A stretch of DNA of 64,000 nucleotides from Gemmatimonadota bacterium (GCA_040389905.1 JAZJZK010000007.1:441026-505025); one strand, 5' to 3'; counted from the first letter of the stretch, positions 22,506-33,697 are shown. The notes: generated by a model from the letters alone, not told the origin. Made by a program: numbers and translations.

Positions 22506-24482
22506 ATGATCGATCGTCCCGAATCCGCCACGTCCATCAACGCTGACGTCACCCTCGTCCTGCCCGATGGCGCGACGCGCGTGGTGCCGGTTGGTACGTT
22601 GCCGGCAGAGGTCGTTCGGTCGATCGGCGAACGCTTGCTGCTCGCGGCCGTCGCTGTGTCCGTCGACGGTCAGATCCAGGACCTGATGACCCCGCTTCGT
22701 ACCGGGGGCGCATTCAAAGTTCTGACAGAGCGTGACGCAGACGCACTCGCCGTCTTGCGTCATTCGGCCGCACACGTGCTCGCTACGGCGGTGCGACGGC
22801 TGCGGCCCGACGCGAAGATCGGCTTTGGGCCGGCCATCGACGACGGCTTCTATTACGACTTCGAGGTCGCGACCCCTTTCACACCGGATGACCTCGCCGC
22901 GTTCGAGGCGGAGATGCGGAAGGTGGCGCAGGAGAAGTACCCGTTCGTGCGCGCCGAAGTGGATATGGACGAGGCGCGCGTCCGCTTTGCCGACGATCCG
23001 CTCAAGCTCGAGCGCCTCGACGACTTCACCGATCCCGCGGAGATCATCTCGACCTACACGGATGGGCCGTTCATCGATTTGTGTCGCGGTCCCCATGTGC
23101 CTGACACGGGGCGGCTCAAGCACTTCAAGCTGCTGAGCGCCGCTGCGGCCTATTGGCGTGGCGACGAGAAGCGGCAGATGCTCCAGCGCATCTACGGCAC
23201 CGCCTTCTTCAAGAAGGACGAACTGGACGCGCATCTCTTCCGCCTCGAGGAAGCGAAGAAGCGCGACCACCGGCGCCTGGGCAAGGAGCTCGACCTGTTC
23301 ATGCTCCACCCGTTTTCGCCCGGAGCGACGTTCTGGACCGAGCGCGGCACGATTCTCTACAACCTGCTCGTCGACTACGTGCGCGAGCGGCAACAGCGGA
23401 ATTTTTCGGAGATCAAGACACCGCTCCTCTATAACAAGGGGTTGTGGGAGCTGTCCGGGCATTGGGGCAAGTACAAGGAGAACATGTTCCTGGTGCTCGA
23501 CAACGAGTCGGGGGAGCATGACATCTCGCTCAAGCCGATGAACTGCCCGTCGCACTACCTCTTGTATCTCTCCAAGAAGCATTCATACCGCGAACTGCCC
23601 AAACGCTTCGTCACCTTCGATGTACTGCACCGCAATGAGATCACGGGGGCGCTTTCGGGGCTGACCCGGGTTCGGCAGTTCGCGCAGGACGACTGTCACG
23701 TGTTCCTTCGCGAAGACCAGATCGAGGCCGAGGTGAAGTTCCTGATGGACTTCATCATGGGCTACTACGAGTCGTTCGGGTTGACGGCGACGCTGAAGTT
23801 CGCCACGCGGCCTGAGTTGCGCCTGGGTGACGACGCCATGTGGGATCGGGCGGAGGGCGCCCTCAAGTCGGCGCTCGAGGCGACGGGAAAGCCGTACGCA
23901 CTCAAGGAGGGAGACGGCGCGTTCTACGGTCCGAAGATCGACTTCGACGTCACCGACTCCATCGGGCGAGCGTGGCAGCTCGGCACCATTCAACTGGACT
24001 ACGCCGCACCGGAACGCTTCGACCTCACCTACACCGGCGAGGACAACGCCACGCATCGTCCAGTCGTCATTCACCGGGCGGTCAGCGGCTCGTTCGAGCG
24101 CTTCATTGCCATCCTCATCGAGCACTTCGCGGGCGCGTTTCCAACGTGGTTGTCTCCGGAGCAGGTGCGCGTCTTGCCGATCAGCGCCGATCAGGCGGAG
24201 GTCGCTGCTGCCGTCACCGAGCGACTGGTTGCCGCAGGCATTCGCGCGCATCTCGACGATCGGTCGGAGACACTCAAGTACCGCGTGGCGGAGGGGGCTC
24301 GCATGAAGGTGCCTTACATGTGCGTAATTGGGCGGCGCGAGGTTGAAGGCGATCAGGTGGCCGTGAACACGCGCGGTGCTGGCGAAGGGCAGAAACCGGC
24401 GCCGGTAGGGGTAAATGAATTCATCGCGCGCATCCTGTCGGAAACACGGACGCGGGCTTTGACGCTCACCGCGGGCGCGTAA
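22506..24482 (+). CDS. thrS: threonine--tRNA ligase
   Basis: TGS domain, LRHSAAHVLA, DLCRGPHV, RDHRRLG, LKPMNCP, GLTRVRQFAQDD, IHRAVSGSFERF. Confidence 0.98.
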   Translation: MIDRPESATSINADVTLVLPDGATRVVPVGTLPAEVVRSIGERLLLAAVAVSVDGQIQDLMTPLRTGGAFKVLTERDADALAVLRHSAAHVLATAVRRLRPDAKIGFGPAIDDGFYYDFEVATPFTPDDLAAFEAEMRKVAQEKYPFVRAEVDMDEARVRFADDPLKLERLDDFTDPAEIISTYTDGPFIDLCRGPHVPDTGRLKHFKLLSAAAAYWRGDEKRQMLQRIYGTAFFKKDELDAHLFRLEEAKKRDHRRLGKELDLFMLHPFSPGATFWTERGTILYNLLVDYVRERQQRNFSEIKTPLLYNKGLWELSGHWGKYKENMFLVLDNESGEHDISLKPMNCPSHYLLYLSKKHSYRELPKRFVTFDVLHRNEITGALSGLTRVRQFAQDDCHVFLREDQIEAEVKFLMDFIMGYYESFGLTATLKFATRPELRLGDDAMWDRAEGALKSALEATGKPYALKEGDGAFYGPKIDFDVTDSIGRAWQLGTIQLDYAAPERFDLTYTGEDNATHRPVVIHRAVSGSFERFIAILIEHFAGAFPTWLSPEQVRVLPISADQAEVAAAVTERLVAAGIRAHLDDRSETLKYRVAEGARMKVPYMCVIGRREVEGDQVAVNTRGAGEGQKPAPVGVNEFIARILSETRTRALTLTAGA

Positions 24483-24487
24483 ACGCG

Positions 24488-25372
24488 ATGTTTGTGTGCG
24501 TTGCATTCCCGCGTCGCGGAACGGGCCTGCGGTTGGTGCTGGGGTTCATGCTGGCGATCTCGGGCAAGGGACTATCGCAGCAATCGGCAGCGGCCTGCGT
24601 CACGACGCTTTCCGCGCCGACCCGCGATTCGATTCCGCTGACGGTCGGACTGCGGGTGCACGCGCTCGATGCGCTTTCCGACCTGCCGGAGACGTATCAG
24701 CAGCTGTTCGGCGACGGCGTGCGCCAGTTTCTTCGGCCGCCGACGCCGCTGCAGCTGGATGCCTACGCGACTGAGCGCGACATGAACGATGTCGAACGCG
24801 TCGCGCACCTGACGCTGGAGGTCGCGCTCAAGGCGACCATGCGGCGGAACGGACGCATCGAGAACGTTCGCATCACGGGCGGTACGCGCACGGCGGACTT
24901 CGACGACGCGCTGCTCGCCGCCATCACGGCGATGGACACCAGCGGGGGACTGCCGCCCGTGCCGGATTCAATCGACCTCGGGTCCGACACCATCCCCATC
25001 AGCGTGACGATCCTGACGAACGATTCACGCACCAAGCTGGCGAGTGGTATCGAGGTGCCGCTCTTCCAATTCAAGACGCCGCTTCGCCCCGTCAGCCGTC
25101 CCCTGTCGACTATGCCCGGGACGGCCGCGCTCGGGTACCCGAGGAGCCTGCGCGGGAGCAACATCTCGGGAACGGCAGTGCTGTCCTACGTTGTCCGACC
25201 CGATGGGAAGGCGGACATGCCGACCATCATCGCGTGGCGGGCCGATCATCGTGAGTTCCTTCGAACCGTGATCGAAGCACTGCCGGCGTTCCGATTTGAG
25301 CCGCTCCAGGTGGAAGGATGCCCGGTCGCGCAGACGGTTCGGGAGCCATTCCGATTCAGCGTGGAGCCCTGA
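24488..25372 (+). CDS. secreted protein with two TonB C-terminal-like domains
   Basis: Signal-like N-terminus; NGRIENVRI...FDDALLAA; YPRSLRGSNISGTAVLSYVVRPDG...RFEP...PFRF. Confidence 0.7.
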   Translation: MFVCVAFPRRGTGLRLVLGFMLAISGKGLSQQSAAACVTTLSAPTRDSIPLTVGLRVHALDALSDLPETYQQLFGDGVRQFLRPPTPLQLDAYATERDMNDVERVAHLTLEVALKATMRRNGRIENVRITGGTRTADFDDALLAAITAMDTSGGLPPVPDSIDLGSDTIPISVTILTNDSRTKLASGIEVPLFQFKTPLRPVSRPLSTMPGTAALGYPRSLRGSNISGTAVLSYVVRPDGKADMPTIIAWRADHREFLRTVIEALPAFRFEPLQVEGCPVAQTVREPFRFSVEP

Positions 25373-25373
25373 T

Positions 25374-25478
25374 TGTCACCCCGAAGCGTGCGCTGTTCCG
25401 CTCGTTGTGTCGCCCCTGATCGGAGCGAAGGGCCCACACCTCCGTAGTTCCGCCCGTTCTGTCGCCCTGAGCGCAGTC
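25374..25478. repeat. degenerate tandem family D REP arms
   Basis: TGTCACCCCG..., GTTCCGCTCGTTGTGTCGCCCCTGATCGGAGCGAAGGGCC, TGTCGCCCTGAGCG; the middle part matches about 14633-14672. Confidence 0.6.
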
Positions 25479-25483
25479 GCTTC

Positions 25484-25612
25484 CGCCGGCGCACTGAACG
25501 CGGACTGAGCGGATTGAAGCGGATAAAGTCGGATACTGCGCTGTTGTTTTCTTGCTTGCGGATCAGATGTGATCCGCCTCAATCGGCTCAATCCGCGTTC
25601 AATGTTCCGGCG
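25484..25612. repeat. MITE/REP-like element, family A copy 2
   Basis: CGCCGGCGCACTGAACGCGGACTGAGCGGATTGAAGCGGAT ... ATCCGCCTCAATCGGCTCAATCCGCGTTCAATGTTCCGGCG. Confidence 0.85.
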
Positions 25613-25769
25613 CAACAGAACGTGGCACTTGACGTGGCACTTGCCGCCGCCGGAATCGACTCATAAGAGGACTGTCCGAACTGCACGGCGTTGAATGCCA
25701 CCCGTCCACCGGATAGCTTTGTGGTTTCCCCGCTGCGTTTGCGCGCGGGCTGACTCGAGCACCTGGGCA

Positions 25770-26969
25770 ATGACCGATACGTCGCGCATCCCCGTCATCG
25801 TCGCCGCCGCGCGCACGCCGATCGGGAAGTTTCTTGGCTCGCTCTCCGCGCTGTCGGCGCCCGAACTCGGCGCGATCTCCATCAGGGCCGCACTCGAACG
25901 TGCGGGAATACCCGCCTCGGAGGTGAACGAGGTGATCATGGGGAACGTCGTCCAGGGCGGCGTAGGCCAAGCCCCCGCGCGCCAGGCGATGCTCAAAGCG
26001 GGTGTGCCGTCGTCGGTCAGCGCCCTCACGATCAACAAGGTCTGCGGCTCGGGACTCAAGGCCGTCATGCTCGCCGCGCAATCGATCAAGGCGGGAGACG
26101 CTCAGGTTGTCGTCGCCGGTGGCCAGGAGTCGATGTCGAACGCGCCATACTATGTCTATGGAATGCGCAACGGCGTGAAGCTTGGCGATCAGTCCATGGT
26201 CGACGGCATGATCAAGGATGGCCTCTGGTGCTCAACGTGTGACGTGCACATGGGTGGGCATGCGGAGTACACCGCGAAGAAGGCAGGCATCACACGGCTC
26301 GAGCAGGATGAGTTTGCCGCGGCGTCTCATCGCAAGGCGGTCGAGGCACAGCAGGCCGGCCGATTCGCGGCGGAGATGGCGCCCGTCACCATCAAGGGCA
26401 GAAAGGGCGACACGATTGTCGATGCCGATGAGGGTCCGCGAGCCGATACCACAGCGGATGCCCTCGCAAAGCTGCGCCCCGCCTTCGACAAGGGCGCCGA
26501 TGCCACGGTGACCGCCGGCAACGCCAGCTCGCTCAACGATGGCGGTGCCGCGCTCGTGGTGACGTCGCAGGCATACGCCGAGGCACACGGACTCTCGGTG
26601 CTCGGTCGCATCACGGCGTACGCAACGGGTGCCGTCGATCCCAAGGAGCTGTTCTTCGCGCCGATCACGGCGGTCAACAACCTGATGAAGAAAGAAGGCA
26701 AGTCGATCGGAGAGTACGATCTGATCGAGGCCAATGAGGCGTTCGCGTCGCAGGCGCTGGCCGATGGCGCCGGTCTCCAGTGGGATTGGGACCGCGTGAA
26801 CGTCAATGGCGGCGCCATTGCGCTCGGCCACCCCATCGGCGCGAGCGGTGCCCGCGTGCTCACGACGCTCTTGTACGCCCTTCAGGATCGCAATCTCAGC
26901 AGCGGCCTCGCCACGCTCTGTCTCGGTGGCGGGGACGCAGTCGCTCTCTCTGTTTCCCGAGGATCGTAA
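25770..26969 (+). CDS. acetyl-CoA C-acetyltransferase (thiolase)
   Basis: TINKVCGSG, GNASSLNDG, EANEAFA, GGAIALGHPIGASG, CLGGG. Confidence 0.96.
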   Translation: MTDTSRIPVIVAAARTPIGKFLGSLSALSAPELGAISIRAALERAGIPASEVNEVIMGNVVQGGVGQAPARQAMLKAGVPSSVSALTINKVCGSGLKAVMLAAQSIKAGDAQVVVAGGQESMSNAPYYVYGMRNGVKLGDQSMVDGMIKDGLWCSTCDVHMGGHAEYTAKKAGITRLEQDEFAAASHRKAVEAQQAGRFAAEMAPVTIKGRKGDTIVDADEGPRADTTADALAKLRPAFDKGADATVTAGNASSLNDGGAALVVTSQAYAEAHGLSVLGRITAYATGAVDPKELFFAPITAVNNLMKKEGKSIGEYDLIEANEAFASQALADGAGLQWDWDRVNVNGGAIALGHPIGASGARVLTTLLYALQDRNLSSGLATLCLGGGDAVALSVSRGS

Positions 26970-27511
26970 TGACGACTCTTTCCGTTGCCGCACGGACGCC
27001 GCGCACACGAACGCTCGGAATTCTCCTCGCTGTCGGGGTGCTCGCCCTTGCATCGCAGTTCGCCTTGCCGATGCCGGGAACACCCGTGCCGCTGACGCTG
27101 CAGCCGCTCGTCGTGGTTCTGGCGGGTCTGTTGCTTGGTCCAGTCGACGGCGCCATCGCGATGGTGGTCTACCTCGCGGCGGGGATGGTGGGTCTCCCGG
27201 TCTTCGCGCCCATGGGGCCCCCCGGAATCTCGCGTCTGCTCGGTGCAACGGGCGGCTATCTGCTCGCGTATCCTATCGCTGCAGCCGTCGCTGGGGCCTT
27301 TGGGGCGGGGGCGACCAGTCTCGTCGCGCGCGCGCTGGCGGCTGAGGCGGGAATTCTCGTGCTGTACATCGGTGGTCTCGCGCAACTCGTGGTGCTCTCC
27401 GGGAGCTTCGGGCGTGCGGCGCTCCTCGGTGTCATCCCATTTGTGGCCGCCGATGTCGTGAAGGCGCTCGCTGCCGCCGCGATCGCAGGACTGCGGCGTC
27501 GACCCCTCTGA
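26969..27511 (+). CDS. bioY: biotin transporter BioY (ECF S-component)
   Basis: PVPLTLQ, YLAAGMVGLPVFA, TGGYLLAY; start overlaps the thiolase stop (TAATG). Confidence 0.92.
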   Translation: MTTLSVAARTPRTRTLGILLAVGVLALASQFALPMPGTPVPLTLQPLVVVLAGLLLGPVDGAIAMVVYLAAGMVGLPVFAPMGPPGISRLLGATGGYLLAYPIAAAVAGAFGAGATSLVARALAAEAGILVLYIGGLAQLVVLSGSFGRAALLGVIPFVAADVVKALAAAAIAGLRRRPL

Positions 27512-27585
27512 CGACGGAAGAACTCCCCGGTGGCCGGGCGCGCGAAATCGCGCCGACCATCGGGCGCTCGCTCGCATTCGTTGCG

Positions 27586-28386
27586 TTGCTCGTTGCCTGC
27601 TCGCTCGCGGCGTCGTCGCTCATCACTCCGTTGCTCAACCGGCTGGCATTCTTTGCAGGGCAGCCGATTCGGACCGACGTCTATGCGGAGCTCCTCTCCG
27701 TGTTCGCGGCCAGCGCAATCATGGTCCAGTCGATCGACCGGCGCTCGTGGGCGGATCTGGATCTCTCGCGCGCATCGTTCAGGGCCCGGCCGATGCTCGG
27801 CGGATGGCTCGTTGGCGCCATCGCGATTGCGGTGGTGTGCGGAACGCTTCTCGTCTCGGGCTTGCTGCTCCTCCAACCGTCGAGAACGGAATCGAGCTGG
27901 CTCGGCGCTGCCGTCCGGGTCACCATGGTGCTGCTGCCCGCGGCGCTCGCTGAAGAGATGATGTGCCGTGGATACCTGCTGTCGGTCATCCGCGAGTGCG
28001 TTGGCGTACGAAGCGCCGTGGTGCTCACGAGCGTGCTGTTCGGGTTGCTGCACCTGGGCAACCCCGATGCGACGGCACAGTCCGTTGCCGTGGTGATCCT
28101 CTCCGGATTGCTCCTTGCCACGGTGCGTCTTGCGTTCTCGAGCCTGTACGCGGCGTGGATGACGCACTTCGCGTGGAATTGGGTGATGGCAGTTCCGCTC
28201 CACGCGCCGGTAAGCGGCATTCGTTTCGAGGCGCCCGCCTATGAGGCGGTCACGCGCGAACCGGCGTGGCTGAGCGGAGGGGGTTGGGGACCCGAAGGCG
28301 GACTTGTTGCCGCACTCGGAATGCTGGGCGCATTGGGGTACTTCTACGCGCGGCGCCGCCGCGGGGACTCGGTACAGGATGGCTGA
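27586..28386 (+). CDS. CPBP/CAAX-family intramembrane protease; frame is open back to a CTG at 27508 that overlaps the bioY stop
   Basis: EEMMCRGY, FGLLH, HFAWN, GPEGG. Confidence 0.88.
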   Translation: MLVACSLAASSLITPLLNRLAFFAGQPIRTDVYAELLSVFAASAIMVQSIDRRSWADLDLSRASFRARPMLGGWLVGAIAIAVVCGTLLVSGLLLLQPSRTESSWLGAAVRVTMVLLPAALAEEMMCRGYLLSVIRECVGVRSAVVLTSVLFGLLHLGNPDATAQSVAVVILSGLLLATVRLAFSSLYAAWMTHFAWNWVMAVPLHAPVSGIRFEAPAYEAVTREPAWLSGGGWGPEGGLVAALGMLGALGYFYARRRRGDSVQDG

Positions 28387-29224
28387 GCGCATCGCGGTGA
28401 TCGGGGCGGGCCAGATGGGAAACGGCATCGCGCACGTCTTCGCGCAATCCGGGTTCGACGTCGCGATGATCGACGTCTCGGAGTCCGCGCTAGCGAAGGG
28501 GCGTGAAACGATCGCGAAGAATCTCGACCGGCAGATCAAGAAGGGGACGCTGACCGAGTCGGACAAGGGAGCGATCCTTGGGCGTCTCACGACGAGCGAT
28601 TCAGTCGACGCCGTGGCTGGAGCGGTGCTTGTGGTCGAGGCGGCGACGGAGAATCGCGATCTCAAGTTCAGGATCTTTCGCGACATCGACGCCAAGGCAG
28701 ACGCAGGCGCCGTGCTGGCGACCAACACCAGTTCCATCTCGATCACGGAGATCGCCGCCCAGACGAAGCGCCCGGAGTCGGTCATCGGCATGCACTTCAT
28801 GAATCCTGTTCCCGTGATGCATCTCGTGGAGATCATTCGGGGGCTCGCGACATCGGATTCGACCACGGAGCGCGTCACCGCCTGGAGCAAATCGGTGGGG
28901 AAGACGCCGGTGGAGGTGAACGATTTTCCGGGGTTCGTGGCGAACCGGATCCTCATGCCGATGATCAACGAGGCCGTGTATTGCGTCATGGAGGGCGTCG
29001 GCACGCCTGAGGCAATCGACACGGTGATGAAGCTCGGCATGAATCATCCGATGGGACCGCTGGCACTCGCAGACCTCATCGGGCTCGATACCTGCCTCGC
29101 CATTCTCGAAGTGTTGCACGGCGGCCTTGGTGACACCAAGTACCGGCCCTGTCCGTTGCTGCGAAAATATGTCGCCGCAGGGTGGCTCGGCCGAAAATCG
29201 GGGCGAGGCTTTTACGCGTACTAG
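28379..29224 (+). CDS. hbd: 3-hydroxybutyryl-CoA dehydrogenase
   Basis: GAGQMGNG, ATNTSS, GMHFMNP, GFVANRIL, HPMGPL. Confidence 0.93.
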   Translation: MAERIAVIGAGQMGNGIAHVFAQSGFDVAMIDVSESALAKGRETIAKNLDRQIKKGTLTESDKGAILGRLTTSDSVDAVAGAVLVVEAATENRDLKFRIFRDIDAKADAGAVLATNTSSISITEIAAQTKRPESVIGMHFMNPVPVMHLVEIIRGLATSDSTTERVTAWSKSVGKTPVEVNDFPGFVANRILMPMINEAVYCVMEGVGTPEAIDTVMKLGMNHPMGPLALADLIGLDTCLAILEVLHGGLGDTKYRPCPLLRKYVAAGWLGRKSGRGFYAY

Positions 29225-29230
29225 GCCGTT

Positions 29231-30397
29231 ATGAACCTGACTCCGCTGACCGAAACGCAGCTGGAAATCCAGTCGCTCGCGAGAAACTTCGCGAGAGAGG
29301 AGATCGCTCCGCACGCGAGCCAGTGGGATCGCGACACCTGCTTTCCGCTCGCCGTCGCGCATCGGATGGGCGCACTCGGCTTTCTCGGGATGGTGATCCC
29401 AGAGCAGTGGGACGGTCTCGGGCTCGATACCTTGTCGTACCTGCTCGCCCTCGAGGAAATCGCTGCCGCCGATGCGTCGGCGGCGGTGCTCATGAGCGTG
29501 CACAATTCGCTTCCGACGCAGATGATCCTGAATTTCGGGAACGATGCACAGCGCGAGACGCACTTGAGGCCGATGGCGCGCGGAGAAAAGATCGGCGCGT
29601 TCGCGCTCAGTGAGCCCGATGCCGGTTCCGATGCCTCGGCGCTCCGATGTCAGGCGGTGCGCGACGGCGACGATTGGGTGCTCAGCGGCACGAAGAGCTG
29701 GGTGACATCAGGTACGTTTGCCGATGTCATCATGGTCATGGCGCGCACCGACACGCCGGATGCTCGTCGCGGCTCGAAGGGAGTTTCCGCCTTCATCGTC
29801 ACGCCCGATCTCCCCGGTTTCCACGTCGGCAAGAAGGAAGACAAGATGGGCCTCCGGGCCTCGCCGACGGTGCAATTGAACTTCGATGGGCTCCGCGTGC
29901 CGGCGGCGAACCTCCTGGGCGACGAGGGGCAGGGGTTCGTGTACGCCATGCGTTCACTCGACAATGGGCGTCTCGGGATTGCCGCGCAGGCGATCGGCAT
30001 TGCACGAGCGGCGCTGCACGCGAGTCTCGACTATGCCGCCGAGCGAAAGCAGTTCGGTCAGGCGATCAAGGAGTTTCAGGCGATCCAGTTCAAGATTGCT
30101 GACATGGGCGCGCGCATCGCGTCCGCGCGAGCGCTGCTCCACGCCACCGCGGCAGCGAAGGATCGAGGGGAGTCGACGACGCAACACGGCGCGATGTGCA
30201 AGCTGCTGGCGAGCGAGACCGCGATGTTTGCGACCACCGAAGCGGTGCAGATTTTCGGAGGCTATGGGTACGTCAAGGACTACCCGGTCGAGAAGCTGTT
30301 CCGCGATGCAAAAATCACGGAGATCTACGAAGGGACGTCGGAAGTGCAGCGCATCGTGATTGCGCGGGAGCTGTTCGCTGAACAACGAGGGCGCTGA
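29231..30397 (+). CDS. acyl-CoA dehydrogenase (short/branched-chain type)
   Basis: [42 protein letters not shown]. Confidence 0.95.
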   Translation: MNLTPLTETQLEIQSLARNFAREEIAPHASQWDRDTCFPLAVAHRMGALGFLGMVIPEQWDGLGLDTLSYLLALEEIAAADASAAVLMSVHNSLPTQMILNFGNDAQRETHLRPMARGEKIGAFALSEPDAGSDASALRCQAVRDGDDWVLSGTKSWVTSGTFADVIMVMARTDTPDARRGSKGVSAFIVTPDLPGFHVGKKEDKMGLRASPTVQLNFDGLRVPAANLLGDEGQGFVYAMRSLDNGRLGIAAQAIGIARAALHASLDYAAERKQFGQAIKEFQAIQFKIADMGARIASARALLHATAAAKDRGESTTQHGAMCKLLASETAMFATTEAVQIFGGYGYVKDYPVEKLFRDAKITEIYEGTSEVQRIVIARELFAEQRGR

Positions 30398-30401
30398 GGT
30401 C

Positions 30402-30567
30402 GCACCGGCACATTGAACGCGGATCGAGCGGGTCGAAAAGAAAAACAAAGATCAAGCATAAACACGAAAGGTTTTCTTCAGACTCACGCGAAAGGGTTCT
30501 GAAGCGCGTCACCCAAAGAATCAGTGTTTCGCTGTTCAAATCCGCTCAATCCGCGTTCAATGTGCCG
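30402..30567. repeat. MITE/REP-like element, family A copy 3
   Basis: GCACCGGCACATTGAACGCGGATCGAGCGG (identical to the copy 1 arm) ... TCCGCTCAATCCGCGTTCAATGTGCCG, with a different AT-rich core. Confidence 0.88.
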
Positions 30568-30651
30568 CCAGAAGAACAGCTGAATGGGGACCGCCGTAAT
30601 TGCGAACAAGGACATCACACCAATTCACTCCAGCAAATTGAGTCGATAGAT

Positions 30652-31722
30652 ATGAAGCTTTTCGATACGATCGCTGCCATGGGTCACGAACAACTTGTGA
30701 TCTGCAACGATTCCTCCGCCGGTTATCGCGGCATCATTGCCGTTCACAGCACCACCCTCGGGCCAGCGCTCGGCGGAACGCGCTTCTGGCAATATGCGAG
30801 CGATGAGGACGCCATCGTCGATGCGTTGCGCCTCGCGCGCGGGATGACCTACAAGAACGCCGTTGCCGGTCTCAATCTTGGCGGCGGCAAGTCGGTGATC
30901 ATTGGCAATAACAAGACCGTCGATCGCGAGATGATCTTTCGTGCGCATGGGCGATTCGTCGAGTCGCTCGGCGGGCGGTATATCACGGCGGAAGACGTCG
31001 GCACGAGCACGGCGGACATGGACTTCGTGCACATGGAGACGAAGAACGTGTCCGGGCTCGCGGGCCGCTCTGGCGATCCATCCCCAGTCACCGCGCACGG
31101 TGTGTTTCGCGCCATTCAGGCCTCGGCGAAGGAACGGTGGGGTAGTGATGATCTCAGCACGAAGACTGTGTCCATCCAGGGTGCCGGGCACGTCGGATAC
31201 TACCTCGCCAAGGAACTGCACGAGGCGGGCGCCACGCTCGTGGTCACGGACATCGATGGCGAGCGGGTCAAGGCCGTCGTGAACGAGTTCGGCGCGCGAG
31301 CCGTTGCACCTGCAGACATCTACGCGGCCCAGGCCGACATTTTTGCGCCGTGTGCGTTGGGTGCCATCATCAATGACACGACGATTCCGCAGTTGACGTG
31401 CGAGATCGTCGCTGGCGCGGCGAACAACGTGCTGCTCGAGGAGAGGCACGGCGTCGCGCTCGAGGAACGCGGCATTCTCTACGCGCCCGACTACGTCGCA
31501 AACGCCGGCGGCGTCATCAACGTGTATTCCGAGCTGGCCGGCTGGAGCTCGGCGCGCGCCTTCCGCAAGGCCGACGAGATCTATGACACGATTCTCAAGG
31601 TCTTCTCGATTGCGAAGTCCGATAACGTGCCCACGTACGTGGCCGCGGATCGTCTCGCGGAGCAACGCATTGCCGCCGTGGGCAAGATGGTGCGGACGTG
31701 GCCGCAGTGGCCGAACAAATAG
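30652..31722 (+). CDS. leucine (Glu/Leu/Phe/Val) dehydrogenase
   Basis: [48 protein letters not shown]. Confidence 0.93.
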   Translation: MKLFDTIAAMGHEQLVICNDSSAGYRGIIAVHSTTLGPALGGTRFWQYASDEDAIVDALRLARGMTYKNAVAGLNLGGGKSVIIGNNKTVDREMIFRAHGRFVESLGGRYITAEDVGTSTADMDFVHMETKNVSGLAGRSGDPSPVTAHGVFRAIQASAKERWGSDDLSTKTVSIQGAGHVGYYLAKELHEAGATLVVTDIDGERVKAVVNEFGARAVAPADIYAAQADIFAPCALGAIINDTTIPQLTCEIVAGAANNVLLEERHGVALEERGILYAPDYVANAGGVINVYSELAGWSSARAFRKADEIYDTILKVFSIAKSDNVPTYVAADRLAEQRIAAVGKMVRTWPQWPNK

Positions 31723-31764
31723 GAGCTAGGAGTTCGGGGACTGGGGACGGGAACGGCGGAACAG

Positions 31765-31880
31765 CAACTGACGAGGAGCGGATTTAACGGATTCACCGGA
31801 TAACAGCCGGATGAAGCAACTTCAGGAAGGTGTAATCCGAGAAATCCGTCGCATCCGTAAAATCCGCTCCTTGGCAGTTG
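31765..31880. repeat. palindromic element, family B (CGGAT subrepeats at about 9-10 nt spacing)
   Basis: CAACTGACGAGGAGCGGATTTAACGGAT ... ATCCGTAAAATCCGCTCCTTGGCAGTTG; preceded by short TAGGAG/GGGGAC repeats (31720-31760). Confidence 0.8.
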
Positions 31881-31900
31881 AGAAGGCTTTGACCTGGATA

Positions 31901-32374
31901 ATGATGACAGAACGCACCGACACAATTCTGATCGCATCCGATCATGCTGGTTTCGAACTGAAAGAAAAGCTCGAAGCCGAGTTGAAGGCGCTCGGATATG
32001 CAGTCGACGATCTCGGACCGGACACCGACGCCTCGGTGGATTATGCTGATCTGGCCCATCCGCTCGCCGAACGCATCTCGAGCGGCGACGCCGACCGCGG
32101 AATCCTTATTTGCGGAACGGGACTCGGCATGTCGTACGCTGCGAACCGTCACGCGCATGTACGGGCCGCGGTGGCCTGGACGCCGGAGATCGCGGCGCTC
32201 GCCCGAGAACACAATGATGCAAACGTGCTCGTCCTCCCCGCGCGCTTTGTCGGCGAAGTGGAAGGGCGAGCCATCCTGAAAAGTTGGCTCGACACGCCAT
32301 TCGCGGGCGGGCGCCACGCGCGCCGCATCGCGAAGATCGAGCTCGATGAACAACCTACCGAGGAGAGTCGCTGA
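31901..32374 (+). CDS. rpiB: ribose-5-phosphate isomerase B
   Basis: [33 protein letters not shown]. Confidence 0.96.
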   Translation: MMTERTDTILIASDHAGFELKEKLEAELKALGYAVDDLGPDTDASVDYADLAHPLAERISSGDADRGILICGTGLGMSYAANRHAHVRAAVAWTPEIAALAREHNDANVLVLPARFVGEVEGRAILKSWLDTPFAGGRHARRIAKIELDEQPTEESR

Positions 32375-33648
32375 TGTCGTCCTGGGCTGAATGGAAGCGC
32401 TGTCCTCCCGGCGAGGCGTTGCGGCAGGCCGACCCCGACATCGCCGCGCTGATCGGTGAGGAAATCGACCGACAGAACGGGGGCATCGAGCTCATTGCCA
32501 GCGAAAACTTCGTCTCGCCTGCCGTCATGGAAGCGATGGGGTCTCCGCTCACGAACAAGTACGCCGAAGGGCTGCCGGGAAAGCGCTACTATGGCGGGTG
32601 CGAGGTCGTCGACAAAGTCGAGCAGCTCGCCATCGACCGCGTGAAGCAACTGTTCAACGCCGAACACGCGAATGTGCAGCCCCACTCGGGCGCACAGGCC
32701 AATGCCGCGGTGTTCCTCGCGTTTCTCAAGCCCGGCGACACGTTTCTCGGCATGGACCTGTCGCAGGGCGGCCATTTGACGCACGGCTCGCCGGTGAATT
32801 TTTCTGGACTGCTGTATAACGCCATTTCGTATGGGTTGACCCCCGAGGGATACATCGACTACGACGCGATGCGCGCGCAGGCACGCACGCACCGGCCGAA
32901 GATGATCATCGCGGGCTACAGCGCGTACCCTCGGGCACTGGATTTCGCGGCGTTCGCGGAGGTCGCGAAGGAAATCGGCGCGATCTTCATGGTGGACATG
33001 GCCCATTTCGCGGGACTATCCGCCACCGGAGTCTATCCGAGTCCGGTCCCGCACGCGGACGTCGTCACGTCGACGACGCACAAGACGCTCCGCGGCCCCC
33101 GTGGGGGTCTGATCCTCTGCAAGGCGCAACACGCGGCGGCAGTGAACAAGGCGGTGTTTCCGGGTACGCAGGGTGGCCCGCTGGAGCACGTGATCGCTGC
33201 GAAAGCGGTGGCGTTCAAGGAGGCGCTGGAGCCCGCATTTACGGAGTACTGCCGTCAGATCGTGGCGAACGCCCATGCACTCGCCGAGGCATTCGTTGCC
33301 CGAGGATATCAGCTGGTGTCCGGCGGCACGGACAATCATCTGATGCTCATCGACCTTCGCAACAAGGGGCTCACGGGCAAAGTCGCCGAAAAGGCGCTCG
33401 ACGTGGCGGGAATCACCGTCAACAAGAACACGGTGCCCAATGAGACCCAATCGCCATTCGTGACCAGCGGAATCCGTATTGGCACCCCTGCGGTGACGAC
33501 ACGGGGAATGCAGGAGCGCGAAATGGTGGAAATCGCCGAGCTGATTGATCGCGTGCTGGTTGCGCCCGATGATTCCACGGTCGCGGCCGCCGTCCGCACG
33601 GAGGTGCTGGCGCTGGCGAACCGCTTTCCCCTTTATCCGCGACACTAG
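32374..33648 (+). CDS. glyA: serine hydroxymethyltransferase
   Basis: [39 protein letters not shown]. Confidence 0.98.
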   Translation: MSSWAEWKRCPPGEALRQADPDIAALIGEEIDRQNGGIELIASENFVSPAVMEAMGSPLTNKYAEGLPGKRYYGGCEVVDKVEQLAIDRVKQLFNAEHANVQPHSGAQANAAVFLAFLKPGDTFLGMDLSQGGHLTHGSPVNFSGLLYNAISYGLTPEGYIDYDAMRAQARTHRPKMIIAGYSAYPRALDFAAFAEVAKEIGAIFMVDMAHFAGLSATGVYPSPVPHADVVTSTTHKTLRGPRGGLILCKAQHAAAVNKAVFPGTQGGPLEHVIAAKAVAFKEALEPAFTEYCRQIVANAHALAEAFVARGYQLVSGGTDNHLMLIDLRNKGLTGKVAEKALDVAGITVNKNTVPNETQSPFVTSGIRIGTPAVTTRGMQEREMVEIAELIDRVLVAPDDSTVAAAVRTEVLALANRFPLYPRH

Positions 33649-33697
33649 TTTCTTGGCCGCCTGCGAATTTGTCGCTCGCGCGGGCGGCGTCCCGTTA

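Noticed and set aside
25620..25643. ACGTGGCACTTG tandem duplication as a sigma54 promoter
   Set aside because: Neither TGGCAC has a GC at the required -12 spacing; more likely a short duplication next to a repeat element.
30562..30651. N-terminal extensions of the Leu dehydrogenase ORF (and of rpiB from 31811, thiolase from 25695, gmhB from 16275)
   Set aside because: The extensions start within repeat elements, intergenic DNA or the upstream gene; recognisable protein sequence begins at the downstream starts.
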